From: Gemmatimonadota bacterium
GTDB lineage: Bacteria > Gemmatimonadota > Gemmatimonadetes > JACCXV01 > JAHWKZ01
NCBI GenBank assembly: GCA_035699465.1
Contig: DASSPT010000042.1
Location: 1 to 51,907, forward strand
Direction: 5' to 3'
DNA length: 51,907 bases
Shown: positions 1 through 8,387 of the stretch, piece by piece
How the letters are laid out: the number at the start of each line of letters is the position of its first letter
Position numbering within the stretch: position 1 is the first letter of the stretch
Position numbers and translations under genes: made by a program
Notes under the pieces: model-generated
The model's database searches: none
The model's input: the letters and a program-made list of their open reading frames with translations, nothing else
Told to the model about the DNA's origin: nothing

Positions 1-40
1 GCGGAACGACGCAGATGAGCCGTTTTCACCGCTCGGCTGA

Positions 41-544
41 CTAGGGGCGCCAGGCGGCGCCGATCGCCGTCCTCGCCCGCCGCATGTACTCCGGGACCCC
101 CGGCTTCAGGCTCTCGCCCGCCCACGCCGAGACCGTGATCGCGGCCTCGTCCTCGCCCTTCTCGTAGATCACGATCTCTTCGGCCAGGACACGGCTCCAC
201 TCGGGGGGCCCGATCTGGGAGTCGTACCAGGCGACGACCCGCGTCCACTCGTCGGGAGTGTACGCCTCGAAGGAGCGCATCGCCGAGGTCTGCTGCCGGG
301 AGGTATGCACGCTGGCGCCCTCGTAGGCAGGGATGCCGCCCGCGCTCGAGGCGGGGGGCATGGGACCGCCGTCGGGCAGCGTTCCGACGAGGGTGACCGC
401 CGTGTCGGGGGTGGCTGCCGCCGCGGCGGTGTCGGGTGGAGATCCGGCGGCGGGCTCGTCCCCGGAGCCGCCGCAGGCGAGCGCGGCGATCAGGAGGCCG
501 GTCCCGACCGGGCCGGCGCGGTGCATCGAACCAGGACGGTGCAT
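41..544 (-). CDS. hypothetical lipoprotein (167 aa)
   Basis: This is the C-terminal part of track ORF 41..1318. ATG at 544 (alternative ATG at 526) is followed by a hydrophobic segment and a lipobox-like LIAALAC. The upstream part of the 425-aa ORF is Arg/Pro-rich and overlaps gene 580..1485, so it is treated as an artefact. Stop TAG at 41-43. Confidence 0.55.
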   Translation of the reverse strand: MHRPGSMHRAGPVGTGLLIAALACGGSGDEPAAGSPPDTAAAAATPDTAVTLVGTLPDGGPMPPASSAGGIPAYEGASVHTSRQQTSAMRSFEAYTPDEWTRVVAWYDSQIGPPEWSRVLAEEIVIYEKGEDEAAITVSAWAGESLKPGVPEYMRRARTAIGAAWRP

Positions 545-579
545 CGAAGCGGAGGAGCGGATCGGACGAGCGGGAAGGA

Positions 580-1485
580 TCAGAAGTTCTCGACGGTGAA
601 GGAGACCCACTTCTCCACGGTCTCGTCCTTCAGCGAAACGAACTGGCGGTCGGCGAATCTCACCTCCCACCGCTTCAGCTCGCCCACCTGGGGATGCCAG
701 CTGTAGAAGGAGATCAGGTAATCGCCGGGAGTCTCGGACTCCACCCGCGGAGGCGTCACCAGGCCGTGGACGCGCTGGGGGATCTTCCCGTAGAGGAGCG
801 CCTCGGCGTTGTCGGCGTCGAAGCGACGCAGCCCCTGGGGGATCTCGTCCGTCGAGCTCAGCACGCGCACGAGGTTCAGCTCGGCGAACGTCAGCGAATC
901 CACGCTCGACGGGACGTAGCGATAATCGAAGTTGTAGAACACCTCGACGACGAATCGCGCGAGGGCGAGCGCGTCCTCCGCCGATTCGGGCGCCACGCGC
1001 TCGCGCTGGAGGAGCGCGTTGACGGCGTCCACGTAGTCGTTGTTCATCTCCTGCCCGAAGGCGGCCGGGTCGACACGGTTGATGAGCGGCCAGGCGCGGT
1101 CGCGCTCGCTGACCACGAACAGGGCCTGGAACAGCTCGCCTTCGGTGGTGACGCTGTAGAGGGCCACGTCGCCGAGAGGGGGATGGATGACCTGCCCGAG
1201 GATCTCGATCTCCCAGTAGAACCTGTCCGGGCTCGGCTCGGGGAGCGCGATCCGGCCGGCGTCGGGTGGGGTGTTGTGGCGGAACTGCCGCATCAGCCGC
1301 TCGTACTCGGGCCACCACAGCGTGAACGCGGCCTGCCTGACGAGCTGGGTCTCCGCCGCCGGCGTGACGGGGGACAGATCCTGGGCCGCGGCTGCGGGAA
1401 TCCCGCCTATGGCCAGGGCGATCAGGAGGAAGGCGCCACCCGTACGAATGCGCCGTGCGCGAGCAGGGGAAGTTCGTTGCGGCAT
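580..1485 (-). CDS. hypothetical secreted protein (301 aa)
   Basis: ATG at 1485. The N-terminus is basic and followed by a hydrophobic signal-like stretch (RIRTGGAFLLIALAIGGIPAAAAQ). Amino-acid composition is normal, unlike the overlapping alternative frames. No family recognised. Confidence 0.6.
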   Translation of the reverse strand: MPQRTSPARARRIRTGGAFLLIALAIGGIPAAAAQDLSPVTPAAETQLVRQAAFTLWWPEYERLMRQFRHNTPPDAGRIALPEPSPDRFYWEIEILGQVIHPPLGDVALYSVTTEGELFQALFVVSERDRAWPLINRVDPAAFGQEMNNDYVDAVNALLQRERVAPESAEDALALARFVVEVFYNFDYRYVPSSVDSLTFAELNLVRVLSSTDEIPQGLRRFDADNAEALLYGKIPQRVHGLVTPPRVESETPGDYLISFYSWHPQVGELKRWEVRFADRQFVSLKDETVEKWVSFTVENF

Positions 1486-1577
1486 GAGGGCTATTCGAAT
1501 CTATCCTCCGCGCGGGGGCTCCGGCAAGCGGACGGGACGCGTTTGCGCGGCCCCGGGTGCTCCCTAGCTTGGGGGGC

Positions 1578-2843
1578 GTGACGACCCCCTTCCGGTACGA
1601 GGACGGCGAGATGCGGGTCGGGGGCGTGCCGCTCGCGCGGCTCGCCGCCGAGCACGGAACCCCCCTGTACGTCTACCACCGCCCGGCGATCGGCGCCCGG
1701 CTCGAGGAAGTCCGGCGGGCGTTCGGCGAGCACCCGACCACGATCTGCTACAGCGTGAAGGCCAACTCCAACCTCCGCCTGCTAAAGTGGCTCGCCGGCC
1801 ACGGCGTTGGGTTCGACGTCGTGTCCGGGGGAGAGATCGCACGCACGAAGGCCTGTGGCGTGACTCCCGATCGGGTGGTGTTCGCCGGCGTCGGGAAGAC
1901 CCGCGCGGAGCTCGAGGAGGGGGTGGAAGCCGGGCTCTGGATGATCAACGTCGAATCGGTCGACGAGGCGCTGCTGCTGGCGGAGATCGCCGAGCGCGCC
2001 GATGCGCCGGTCAGGATCAGCCTGAGGATCAATCCCGACGTCGATCCCGGGACGCATCGGCACATCGCCACGGGCCGGGGCGCCGACAAGTTCGGCATCG
2101 CTCCCTCCGAATACCGCACGCTCCTGCCGTGGCTCGCCGGACACCCGGCGCTACGCGTCGTCGGGCTCCATATGCACCTCGGCAGCCAGATCACCGATCC
2201 GGCGCCTTACGGCCGGGGGTTCGACGTGCTGCTCGATTGCGGGCGCGAGGCGCGGGCCGCCGGTCTCGAGCCGCGCTGGATGAACGCCGGCGGGGGCTTC
2301 GGGATCGCGTACGACGGCGGGGATGTGCCGCCGCCCGCGGCGTACGCCGCCGAGCTCATCCCGCGCGCGCGGCAGTTCGGGGCCGAGCTCCTGCTCGAGC
2401 TGGGACGGTACCTGGTGGGGTCGGCGGGGTGCCTCCTGACCGAAGTGCAGTACCGCAAGACGCGCGGCGGGCGGGAGCTCGTCATCGCGGACGCGGGCAT
2501 GACCGACCTCCTGCGGCCGGCTCTGTACGAGGCCGTGCACCGCATCCTCCCGGTCCGCGAGGCCGACCCGGCGGACTTCCGGCCTACCGACGTCGCGGGA
2601 CCGATCTGCGAATCGACCGACTTCCTCGGCCGCGAGCGGCCGCTTCCCCTGCTCGCGCGGGGAGATCTGCTGGCGATCCTCGACGCCGGCGCCTACGGGA
2701 TGTCGATGGCGAGCCACTACAACACCCACCCGCGGCCGGCCGAGGTGTGGGTCGACGAGGCGGGCGCCGTCGAGGTGATCCGGCGGCGCGAGACCGTCGC
2801 CGATCTCCTCGCGGTGGAGCTAGAGTCCCTCTCCGCCGGTTGA
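1578..2843 (+). CDS. lysA: diaminopimelate decarboxylase
   Basis: Fold-type III PLP decarboxylase hallmarks: GTPLYVY, CYSVKANSN, a GGGFGI loop and CESTD. The start is set at GTG 1578 after a G-run; in-frame GTG 1557 is an alternative. Confidence 0.9.
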   Translation: MTTPFRYEDGEMRVGGVPLARLAAEHGTPLYVYHRPAIGARLEEVRRAFGEHPTTICYSVKANSNLRLLKWLAGHGVGFDVVSGGEIARTKACGVTPDRVVFAGVGKTRAELEEGVEAGLWMINVESVDEALLLAEIAERADAPVRISLRINPDVDPGTHRHIATGRGADKFGIAPSEYRTLLPWLAGHPALRVVGLHMHLGSQITDPAPYGRGFDVLLDCGREARAAGLEPRWMNAGGGFGIAYDGGDVPPPAAYAAELIPRARQFGAELLLELGRYLVGSAGCLLTEVQYRKTRGGRELVIADAGMTDLLRPALYEAVHRILPVREADPADFRPTDVAGPICESTDFLGRERPLPLLARGDLLAILDAGAYGMSMASHYNTHPRPAEVWVDEAGAVEVIRRRETVADLLAVELESLSAG

Positions 2844-2852
2844 GCGCGCCCG

Positions 2853-3422
2853 ATGACGATCCGCGCGGCCGTCCTCGCGCGCGGCGTGACGACCGGCGCC
2901 GCGATCCTCGCCGCCGGGATCGCAGCCTGGCGCGTCGCCGGCCCGGCAATCGAGCTGGCGGCCTGGCGCGCGGAGCTCCTGGCGGCCGATCCGCCGCCTG
3001 CCCTCCCCGTCCCGGTCGAGGGGGTCGCGCCAGCGGATCTGGCGGACACGTGGGGCGATCCGCGCAGCGGCGGAGACCGCGACCACCAGGGCATCGACAT
3101 CTTCGCGCGGCGCCGCACCCCCGTTCGATCGACCACTCCCGGCGTCGTCGCGCGCCGGGGGGAGAACCCGCTCGGCGGCCGCACCGTGACGGTCCTCGGC
3201 CCCGCCGGCTGGCGTCATTACTATGCGCATCTCCAGGGATACGCCGGGCATTCGGAGGGCGACCGCGTGGCGGCGGGCGAGGTGATCGGGTTCGTGGGAA
3301 CGTCCGGAAACGCGCCGCCGGACTCCCCGCACCTCCACTACGGGATCTACACGAGCAGCGGCCCGATCAACCCCTATCCGCTGCTGTCGCGGGGCGCGGG
3401 CTCGCCCGTATACTCCCCGTGA
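2853..3422 (+). CDS. M23 family metallopeptidase (LytM-like)
   Basis: N-terminal TM/signal segment, an HxxxD motif (HQGIDIF) and an HxH motif (PHLHYGI). The TGA stop overlaps the next ATG (TGATG). Confidence 0.85.
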   Translation: MTIRAAVLARGVTTGAAILAAGIAAWRVAGPAIELAAWRAELLAADPPPALPVPVEGVAPADLADTWGDPRSGGDRDHQGIDIFARRRTPVRSTTPGVVARRGENPLGGRTVTVLGPAGWRHYYAHLQGYAGHSEGDRVAAGEVIGFVGTSGNAPPDSPHLHYGIYTSSGPINPYPLLSRGAGSPVYSP

Positions 3423-4454
3423 TGCTGCGCCCGACCCTTCTGGCCATCTCGCTCTTCGGCCTGGTTGCACCCGCGGGCGCGGCCGCGCAGGTGTTGCTCG
3501 TCGGACTGGAATCCGAGGACGCCGTGGCGGTGGTGGATCCGAACGCGGGGACGGTGGTGCGGAAGATCCCGGTGGGTATCTCGGGCGAGGACATCGAAGG
3601 GGTGCACGCGCTCACTGTCTCGCCGGACGGCCGGCACTATTACCTGGCCATGGCGCACGGCTGGCCCAACGGCTCGGTGTGGAAGCTCACTACCGGGGAG
3701 GACTCGCTGGCCGGACGCGCGAGCGTGGGCCTGTTTCCCGCGACGATGGTGATCACGCCCGATGGCACGTGGCTCTTCGTCGCCAACTACAACCTCCACG
3801 GCGATCCGGCGCTGGACACCGTCTCCGCGGTCCACACTCCGACGATGACGGAGGTCGCGAGGATCCCCGTGTGCACGAAGCCCCACGGCATGGCGGTCTC
3901 ATGACGGGAAGTGGGTCTATGCATCGTGCACGCGGGACAACGTCGTGCGGAAGATCGACGTGGCCTCGCTGTCGGTGGTGGATTCGACGAACATGCTGAC
4001 GGAGCAGGACCGGACGGAGGGCCGGACCTGCTACCCGGCCGGCCTCGCGCTTTCCGCCGATGACTCGAAGCTCTACGTGGCATGCCACAGACACGCGGAG
4101 ATCCGCGTGGTCACGACCGAGCCGTTGGGGACGATCACCAACGCGATCCCGACCGGAGACGGGCCCTACCTGATCCGCTCGGACCCGGCCGGCAGGCGCC
4201 TCTGGGTTCCCAACCGCAACGACGGTTCGTTCACCGTGATCGATCTGGCCGACGAGATGCCGATCGCCACGCGGCAGGCGAGCGCGAGCCATCCCCATAC
4301 GTTCGCCTTCGGTCCCGACGGAACCGCCTACTTGTCCATGGAGAGCCGCGGCGTCGTGCCGGGCGCGATCGACGTCATCGATCCCCAGACGCTGGAGATC
4401 CAGCGGTCGATAGAGGTCGGGCTGCAGGCGACCGGTGTGGGAGTGATTCGCTAG
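3422..4454 (+). pseudogene. YVTN/YncE-like beta-propeller repeat protein, interrupted by a 1-nt frameshift near 3899-3903
   Basis: ATG 3422 opens a signal peptide followed by YVTN-type repeats and ends ...KPHGMAVS-TGA at 3904. The next frame, open from 3849, continues seamlessly as SHDGKWVYASCTRDNVVRKIDV... to TAG 4454. The joined reading PHGMAVSHDGKWVY matches the repeat pattern seen elsewhere in the protein (SPDGRHYY, TPDGTWLF, ADDSKLYV). Confidence 0.7.
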
Positions 4455-5893
4455 CGCCGGAAGCGCGCCAGCGCGGCGACGATAGAATCCTGTACGGCGC
4501 GCCGCGGCGCCGAGCTTCCCGTATAGAACTCCATCATCAGGCTGAACGCGAGCCGCTCGCCGTCGGCGGAAGGGACGTAGCCGGACAGCGCGGTCACGCC
4601 GTTCAGCGTTCCGGTCTTCGCGCCCGCCCGGCCCTCGGCAGCGGTGCCGCGCATCCGGCCCTCGAGCGTGCCGTCCACGCCCGCGATGGGAAGCGCCGCG
4701 CGATAGGAAGGGAACAGGTCGTCGCGCGTCGTCATGTATCGAAGCAGGGCGAGGATCTGCCGCGCGGTCACCAGGTTGTAGCGCGAGACGCCCGAGCCGT
4801 CGGCGAGCATCTGCGCGGTGGTATCGATTCCCACTTCCTGCGCCAGGAACGCGCGTTCGGCCGCGAGTCCCTTATCGTAGGTTCCGGGGGGACCTGCGAC
4901 CGATGCGCCCACGGCCTTGACCAGGAGCTCGCCCGTCAGGTTGTCGCTGATCTTCAGGAAGTTCCGGACGCTCTCCGAAAGCGGATCCGAAACGTGCACG
5001 GCGATCGTGTCCACGACCGCGTCGGCATCCGCCAGGTCTCCGTGCCGCGCGGCGCCCCGAACCTCCACGCCGCGCGCCTCGAGGAGCTCGACCAGGAGCG
5101 TCGCCGCGTAGAGCGCTGGGTCCTCGACCGTGCGCCGCGCGATGATCGGCTCGGCGTCGCGCGGGAGCGTCCCGGTTACGTCGACGACGTTCTCCTTGGG
5201 ATCCCAGCGGCGATCGACGACGAGTTCCGGGACGCCGCCGGCCGCGGAGGTGACGGCCGCGACGTTTACGGTCACGTATCCCGTGGGCGGGTCGAGCGTG
5301 ACTTCGACGGGGTCGCCGACCCGCGGCCCCGGTCGCACCGTCACGGCGACCACGTTGTCGGCCACCGTCAGCGCGGTCACGTACGGCCATTCCCAGTACG
5401 GCCCGTCGTCCCACATCCAGCCCGCCCCCCATTCCACGTCGTCGAACCATGCGTCGTCGGCGCGGACGTCGCCCGCGACCACCCGCGCGCCGCCCGCCGC
5501 GAGCGTGTCTGCGAGCGCGGCAAGGTGGGCGGGAAGGAGATCCGGATCGCCACGGCCGATCAGGATCAGATCGCCGCGCAGCGTGTCGGTATCGATCGGG
5601 CCGGTGGCCACCAGCGTGGTCCGGAACCTGTGGTCCGGCCCCAGCCAGTGGAGGGCGCTGGCGGCGGTGAACAGCTTGCGGTTCGACGCCGGCGTATAGA
5701 GCCGGTCGGCTTCACGCGCGAACAGCGTGTCGCCTCGATCCAGCGATACGGCGAGGAACGCGATGCCGGAGTGGGCTAGCGAAGGGTCCGCGAGCGCGCG
5801 CGCCACCGTCTCCACGAACGCGCTGCTCCCGGTCCCCCGCAGGGGGCGCGGGGTGCAGGCCGGCACGAGCAGCGGCAACGACAGCAACGCCAA
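4451..5893 (-). CDS. dacB: D-alanyl-D-alanine carboxypeptidase/endopeptidase (PBP4, peptidase S13)
   Basis: SxxK (ASNRK), DGSGVSRYN (SxN) and KTGTL motifs in PBP4 order and spacing. The N-terminus is signal/lipobox-like (LLVPAC). The TTG start at 5893 is uncertain. Confidence 0.85.
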   Translation of the reverse strand: MALLSLPLLVPACTPRPLRGTGSSAFVETVARALADPSLAHSGIAFLAVSLDRGDTLFAREADRLYTPASNRKLFTAASALHWLGPDHRFRTTLVATGPIDTDTLRGDLILIGRGDPDLLPAHLAALADTLAAGGARVVAGDVRADDAWFDDVEWGAGWMWDDGPYWEWPYVTALTVADNVVAVTVRPGPRVGDPVEVTLDPPTGYVTVNVAAVTSAAGGVPELVVDRRWDPKENVVDVTGTLPRDAEPIIARRTVEDPALYAATLLVELLEARGVEVRGAARHGDLADADAVVDTIAVHVSDPLSESVRNFLKISDNLTGELLVKAVGASVAGPPGTYDKGLAAERAFLAQEVGIDTTAQMLADGSGVSRYNLVTARQILALLRYMTTRDDLFPSYRAALPIAGVDGTLEGRMRGTAAEGRAGAKTGTLNGVTALSGYVPSADGERLAFSLMMEFYTGSSAPRRAVQDSIVAALARFRR

Positions 5894-5920
5894 AACGAAA
5901 GCCCGCGGAAGCGGGCTTTC
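5891..5920 (-). terminator. rho-independent terminator downstream of the small Lys-rich ORF
   Basis: Perfect 10-bp stem GAAAGCCCGC / GCGGGCTTTC (5897-5906 and 5911-5920) with a 4-nt loop. On the minus strand it is followed by GTTTTG. It lies about 50 nt after the stop at 5970. Confidence 0.7.
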
Positions 5921-5969
5921 GTGTGGTGCGCGTCGACGTGGTCTTCGAAATCGGTCGGTCAGCGCTTGT

Positions 5970-6071
5970 TTACTTCTTCTTTCTCTTCTTGCCAGCCTTC
6001 TTCTTGGTCGCCTTCTTTGAAGCCTTCTTCTTGGTCGACTTCTTAGCTGCCTTCTTCTTTCGCATTGCCAT
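5970..6071 (-). CDS. small Lys-rich basic protein, 33 aa (MAMRKKKAAKKSTKKKASKKATKKKAGKKRKKK)
   Basis: Absent from the supplied track because it is under 60 aa. ATG at 6071 is preceded by GGAGGA (6085-6080) with an 8-nt spacer; stop TAA at 5972-5970. The unit has its own sigma70-like promoter and terminator and lies in a conspicuously AT-rich pocket. Confidence 0.65.
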   Translation of the reverse strand: MAMRKKKAAKKSTKKKASKKATKKKAGKKRKKK

Positions 6072-6126
6072 TGTCGTTTCCTCCTGGTCTGAGCAACAAC
6101 CGACGTTCAGACCACGCGACGAACAC

Positions 6127-6156
6127 AGTCTATCACATTCGCGTAAAACAATGCAA
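6127..6156 (-). promoter_or_regulatory. putative sigma70-type promoter for the small Lys-rich ORF
   Basis: Minus strand: -35 TTGCAT (6156-6151), 18-nt spacer, extended -10 TG-A-TAGACT (6135-6127). It sits about 55 nt upstream of the ATG. Confidence 0.45.
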
Positions 6157-6201
6157 CACTTTTGTAAACGAAAAACGAGATTTTTTTTCCGCTCTGAACA
6201 C

Positions 6202-7194
6202 TCACCCCGCGAGCTCGTTCACGAGATCCAGAAGCGTTCGATCGATGAGCTTCTCTTCCGCGAGCGCGATTGCGAACGGCGTCTCGCACACCGTGTTTCC
6301 GCGAACGCCGTACAGCAAGCCGCGTTTTCCTTCGAGCGCCGCACGCGCCGCGAACGTCGAAAGTCGGCTGGCGAGAACGCGGTCGCGAACCGTGGGATTG
6401 CCTCCGCGCTGGATGTGTCCGAGGATCGTGACGCGCGCATCGGCGGATCCCGGCAGGCCGAGCTGCTCGAGCGGCGCCTCGATCTCCAGCAGCAGTCCGC
6501 GCGCGCCTCCGGGGTGTGCTCCTTCGGCGACCACGACGATGCACGACACTTTGCCCCGCTCGTGATTGGAGCGGATGACATTCACCAGCCATTCGGTGTC
6601 GAGCTCGACCTCGGGGAGCAGAACCGCCTCCGCCCCGCCGCCCACTGCCACCTCGAGCGCGATGAACCCCGCGCGTCGCCCCATCACCTCGATGAAGAAC
6701 AGCCGGTCCAGCGAGTGTGCGGTGTCGCGGATGCGGTCGATGGCTTCGAGCGCGGTGTTGCATGCGGTGTCGAACCCGATCGAGGTGTCGGTTCCCCCCA
6801 GGTCGTTATCGATGGTGGATGCAACGCCCAGCACGGCGCCCTGCCATTCGTGCTGGATCAGGAGAGCTCCGCGCTGCGTCCCGTTGCCGCCGATCACGAT
6901 GAGCGCGTCGAGGCGTTCGCGCTCGAGCGTCTCGATCGCCTTCCGGCGCTGGGCGGGATCATGGAACCGCGGCTCGCGGCTCGTGTCGAGGATCGATCCC
7001 CCGCGCTGCAGGATATTGGCCACGTCGCGGGGTCCGAGCCCCTCCAGCGACCCGTCGATGAGCCCGCAGAAGCCGCGCCGGATGCCGATCACCTCGCCGC
7101 TACCTGCGGACACGGCCCGCACGACGCCGCGGATGGCCGCGTTCATGCCGGGCGCATCACCGCCGCTCGTAAGGACTCCGATACGTCGCGTCAT
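6202..7194 (-). CDS. pfkA: 6-phosphofructokinase
   Basis: MTRRIGVLTSGGDAPGMNAAIRG, TIDNDL, MGR and GHIQRGG motifs. The start is taken at the second ATG (7194), where the conserved N-terminus begins; the track ORF extends to 7230. Confidence 0.9.
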   Translation of the reverse strand: MTRRIGVLTSGGDAPGMNAAIRGVVRAVSAGSGEVIGIRRGFCGLIDGSLEGLGPRDVANILQRGGSILDTSREPRFHDPAQRRKAIETLERERLDALIVIGGNGTQRGALLIQHEWQGAVLGVASTIDNDLGGTDTSIGFDTACNTALEAIDRIRDTAHSLDRLFFIEVMGRRAGFIALEVAVGGGAEAVLLPEVELDTEWLVNVIRSNHERGKVSCIVVVAEGAHPGGARGLLLEIEAPLEQLGLPGSADARVTILGHIQRGGNPTVRDRVLASRLSTFAARAALEGKRGLLYGVRGNTVCETPFAIALAEEKLIDRTLLDLVNELAG

Positions 7195-7391
7195 GCGCCG
7201 GAACCTATGGACGCGCCCCGCCGGTGTCATGGGACGGGGACGGATGCGTCCGCGAGCGAGGACGATGCGCGCCCGGAAAAAGGCCCTCCCAGAGAGCGGT
7301 TCGGCCCTTCGGCCCGGGAACTTTTCGGCACGCCGGATGCTACAAGAGTCGATGGTTCCACTATCGATTCCAGTCCGAGGAGGCAGAGACC

Positions 7392-8183
7392 ATGCGCTCG
7401 TTTAGCCGTTCCATGACCGCCGCCGGGATGGCGGCACTGATCGCGGGGGCGACCCTCGCATGTCAGGGGGAAACGGCCGAAGAGGACACCCCCATCGTCG
7501 TCGAGGAGGGTGGGCCGATCGCGCTGGGCGAGTCGCTGCCCTCAGGGCCCACGGAAGAGGAGATCCAGCTCGCGGATGAGCCCAGGGTCGTGACCCGCAC
7601 GGTCGTCGTTCGTGAGCGACCCGAGCCGGCACGCAACCCGGAGCCCGAAACGCGCGCACCGGTCGGTCCGGCGCGGCCGTCCGTGATTCCCGCCGGGACG
7701 TCGGTTCCGGTGACGCTCCTGGCCCAGGTGGACAGCGAGCACAACGAAGTCGGCCAGTCCTGGACGGGCCGCGTGACGCGAGACGTCGTGGTCGGGGGGC
7801 AGGTCGTGATCCCCGCCGGCGCCGCGGTCAGCGGCGTGGTGATGGCCATGGACGAGGGCGATCAGAACGAGGGTAACGGCTCGATCACGCTCGAGGCGCG
7901 CTCGATCGAGACGACGTCGGGCACGCGGTCGATCGCCAGCGCTCCGGTTTCGGGCGGCCACTCCTACACGGACGAGAGCTTCCCCGCGAAGGAAACCGCC
8001 ATCGGGGCGGGCGCTGGAGCGGCGATCGGGGCCATCGTCGGCGGCAAGAAGGGCGCCGCCATCGGCGCAGCCGCAGGAGGCATGGGCGGCGCGGCGATGG
8101 GCTCCGCCAGGGCCGACTACGAGGTCGCGATGCCGGCCGGAACCGACATCACGATCCGCATCACGAGCGCGGTCGCCCTCTAG
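7392..8183 (+). CDS. lipoprotein with C-terminal glycine-zipper segment
   Basis: GAGGAGG lies upstream of ATG 7392. There is a lipobox LAC-QG and a C-terminal GAGAGAAIGAIVGGKKGAAIGAAAGGMGGAAMG stretch (glycine-zipper / 17-kDa-antigen-like). The track ORF starts at 7224. Confidence 0.6.
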   Translation: MRSFSRSMTAAGMAALIAGATLACQGETAEEDTPIVVEEGGPIALGESLPSGPTEEEIQLADEPRVVTRTVVVRERPEPARNPEPETRAPVGPARPSVIPAGTSVPVTLLAQVDSEHNEVGQSWTGRVTRDVVVGGQVVIPAGAAVSGVVMAMDEGDQNEGNGSITLEARSIETTSGTRSIASAPVSGGHSYTDESFPAKETAIGAGAGAAIGAIVGGKKGAAIGAAAGGMGGAAMGSARADYEVAMPAGTDITIRITSAVAL

Positions 8184-8219
8184 CCGGGCGGCTGAAGAAT
8201 GCGCGGCGCGAGCCGCGTG

Positions 8220-8261
8220 CCGGGGTCCATTCGGTTGCGCGAATGGGCCCCGGATTTTTTT
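8220..8261 (+). terminator. rho-independent terminator
   Basis: 14-bp stem CCGGGGTCCATTCG / CGAATGGGCCCCGG (one G-U pair), 6-nt loop, then A followed by a run of 7 T. It lies 37 nt after the stop at 8183. Confidence 0.8.
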
Positions 8262-8387
8262 CGGCCCTTGTCAGGCGACCGCCCGGCTGCCCGCTGAACG
8301 GGGCGCTGATCGCGGTCGTCTAGCCGGTGAGGTTCCCGGCGGCGATACTCAGCGATTCCCATTCGATCTGAGACATGGAGGCGATGC

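Noticed and set aside
1486-1577. Lysine riboswitch upstream of lysA.
   Set aside because: The leader is about 90 nt, too short for an L-box, and none of the conserved L-box helices or motifs was seen.
1787-3904. A 705-aa ORF spanning lysA, the M23 gene and the propeller gene in another frame. Other very long ORFs behave similarly: 41..1318, 4082..5779, 8349..9668, 8897..11059 (N-terminal part), 15979..19347 (1122 aa antisense to the TBDR), 22828..26739 (N-terminal part), 23919..27965 (1348 aa), 35239..37125, 38627..41002, 41339..43069, 46218..48959 and 46613..49906.
   Set aside because: Their translations are monotonous Arg/Pro/Gly/Ala/Asp strings with no motifs. They overlap genes that have clear family signatures. 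Long open alternative frames are expected in very GC-rich DNA because stop codons are AT-rich. Only the in-frame C-terminal portions matching real genes were kept.
3896-3906. Programmed +1 ribosomal frameshift of the prfB type, suggested by the stop context TCA TGA C with C following the UGA.
   Set aside because: The P-site codon UCA cannot re-pair in the +1 frame (CAU). There is no properly spaced internal SD. A simple 1-nt deletion or sequencing error is more parsimonious.
4451-4454. Convergent genes sharing a palindromic CTAG stop (propeller/dacB), and the 11-bp convergent overlap of cusA with the TrxR-like gene (49933-49943).
   Set aside because: This is a real but trivial consequence of tight packing. 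No hairpin or regulatory structure is evident.
6165-6201. Terminator for pfkA formed by the A8/T5 tracts (GAAAAAAAATCTCGTTTTTC on the minus strand).
   Set aside because: The stem would be A-U pairs only, with no GC clamp, so it is too weak to call. pfkA may read through into the small ORF unit or use Rho.
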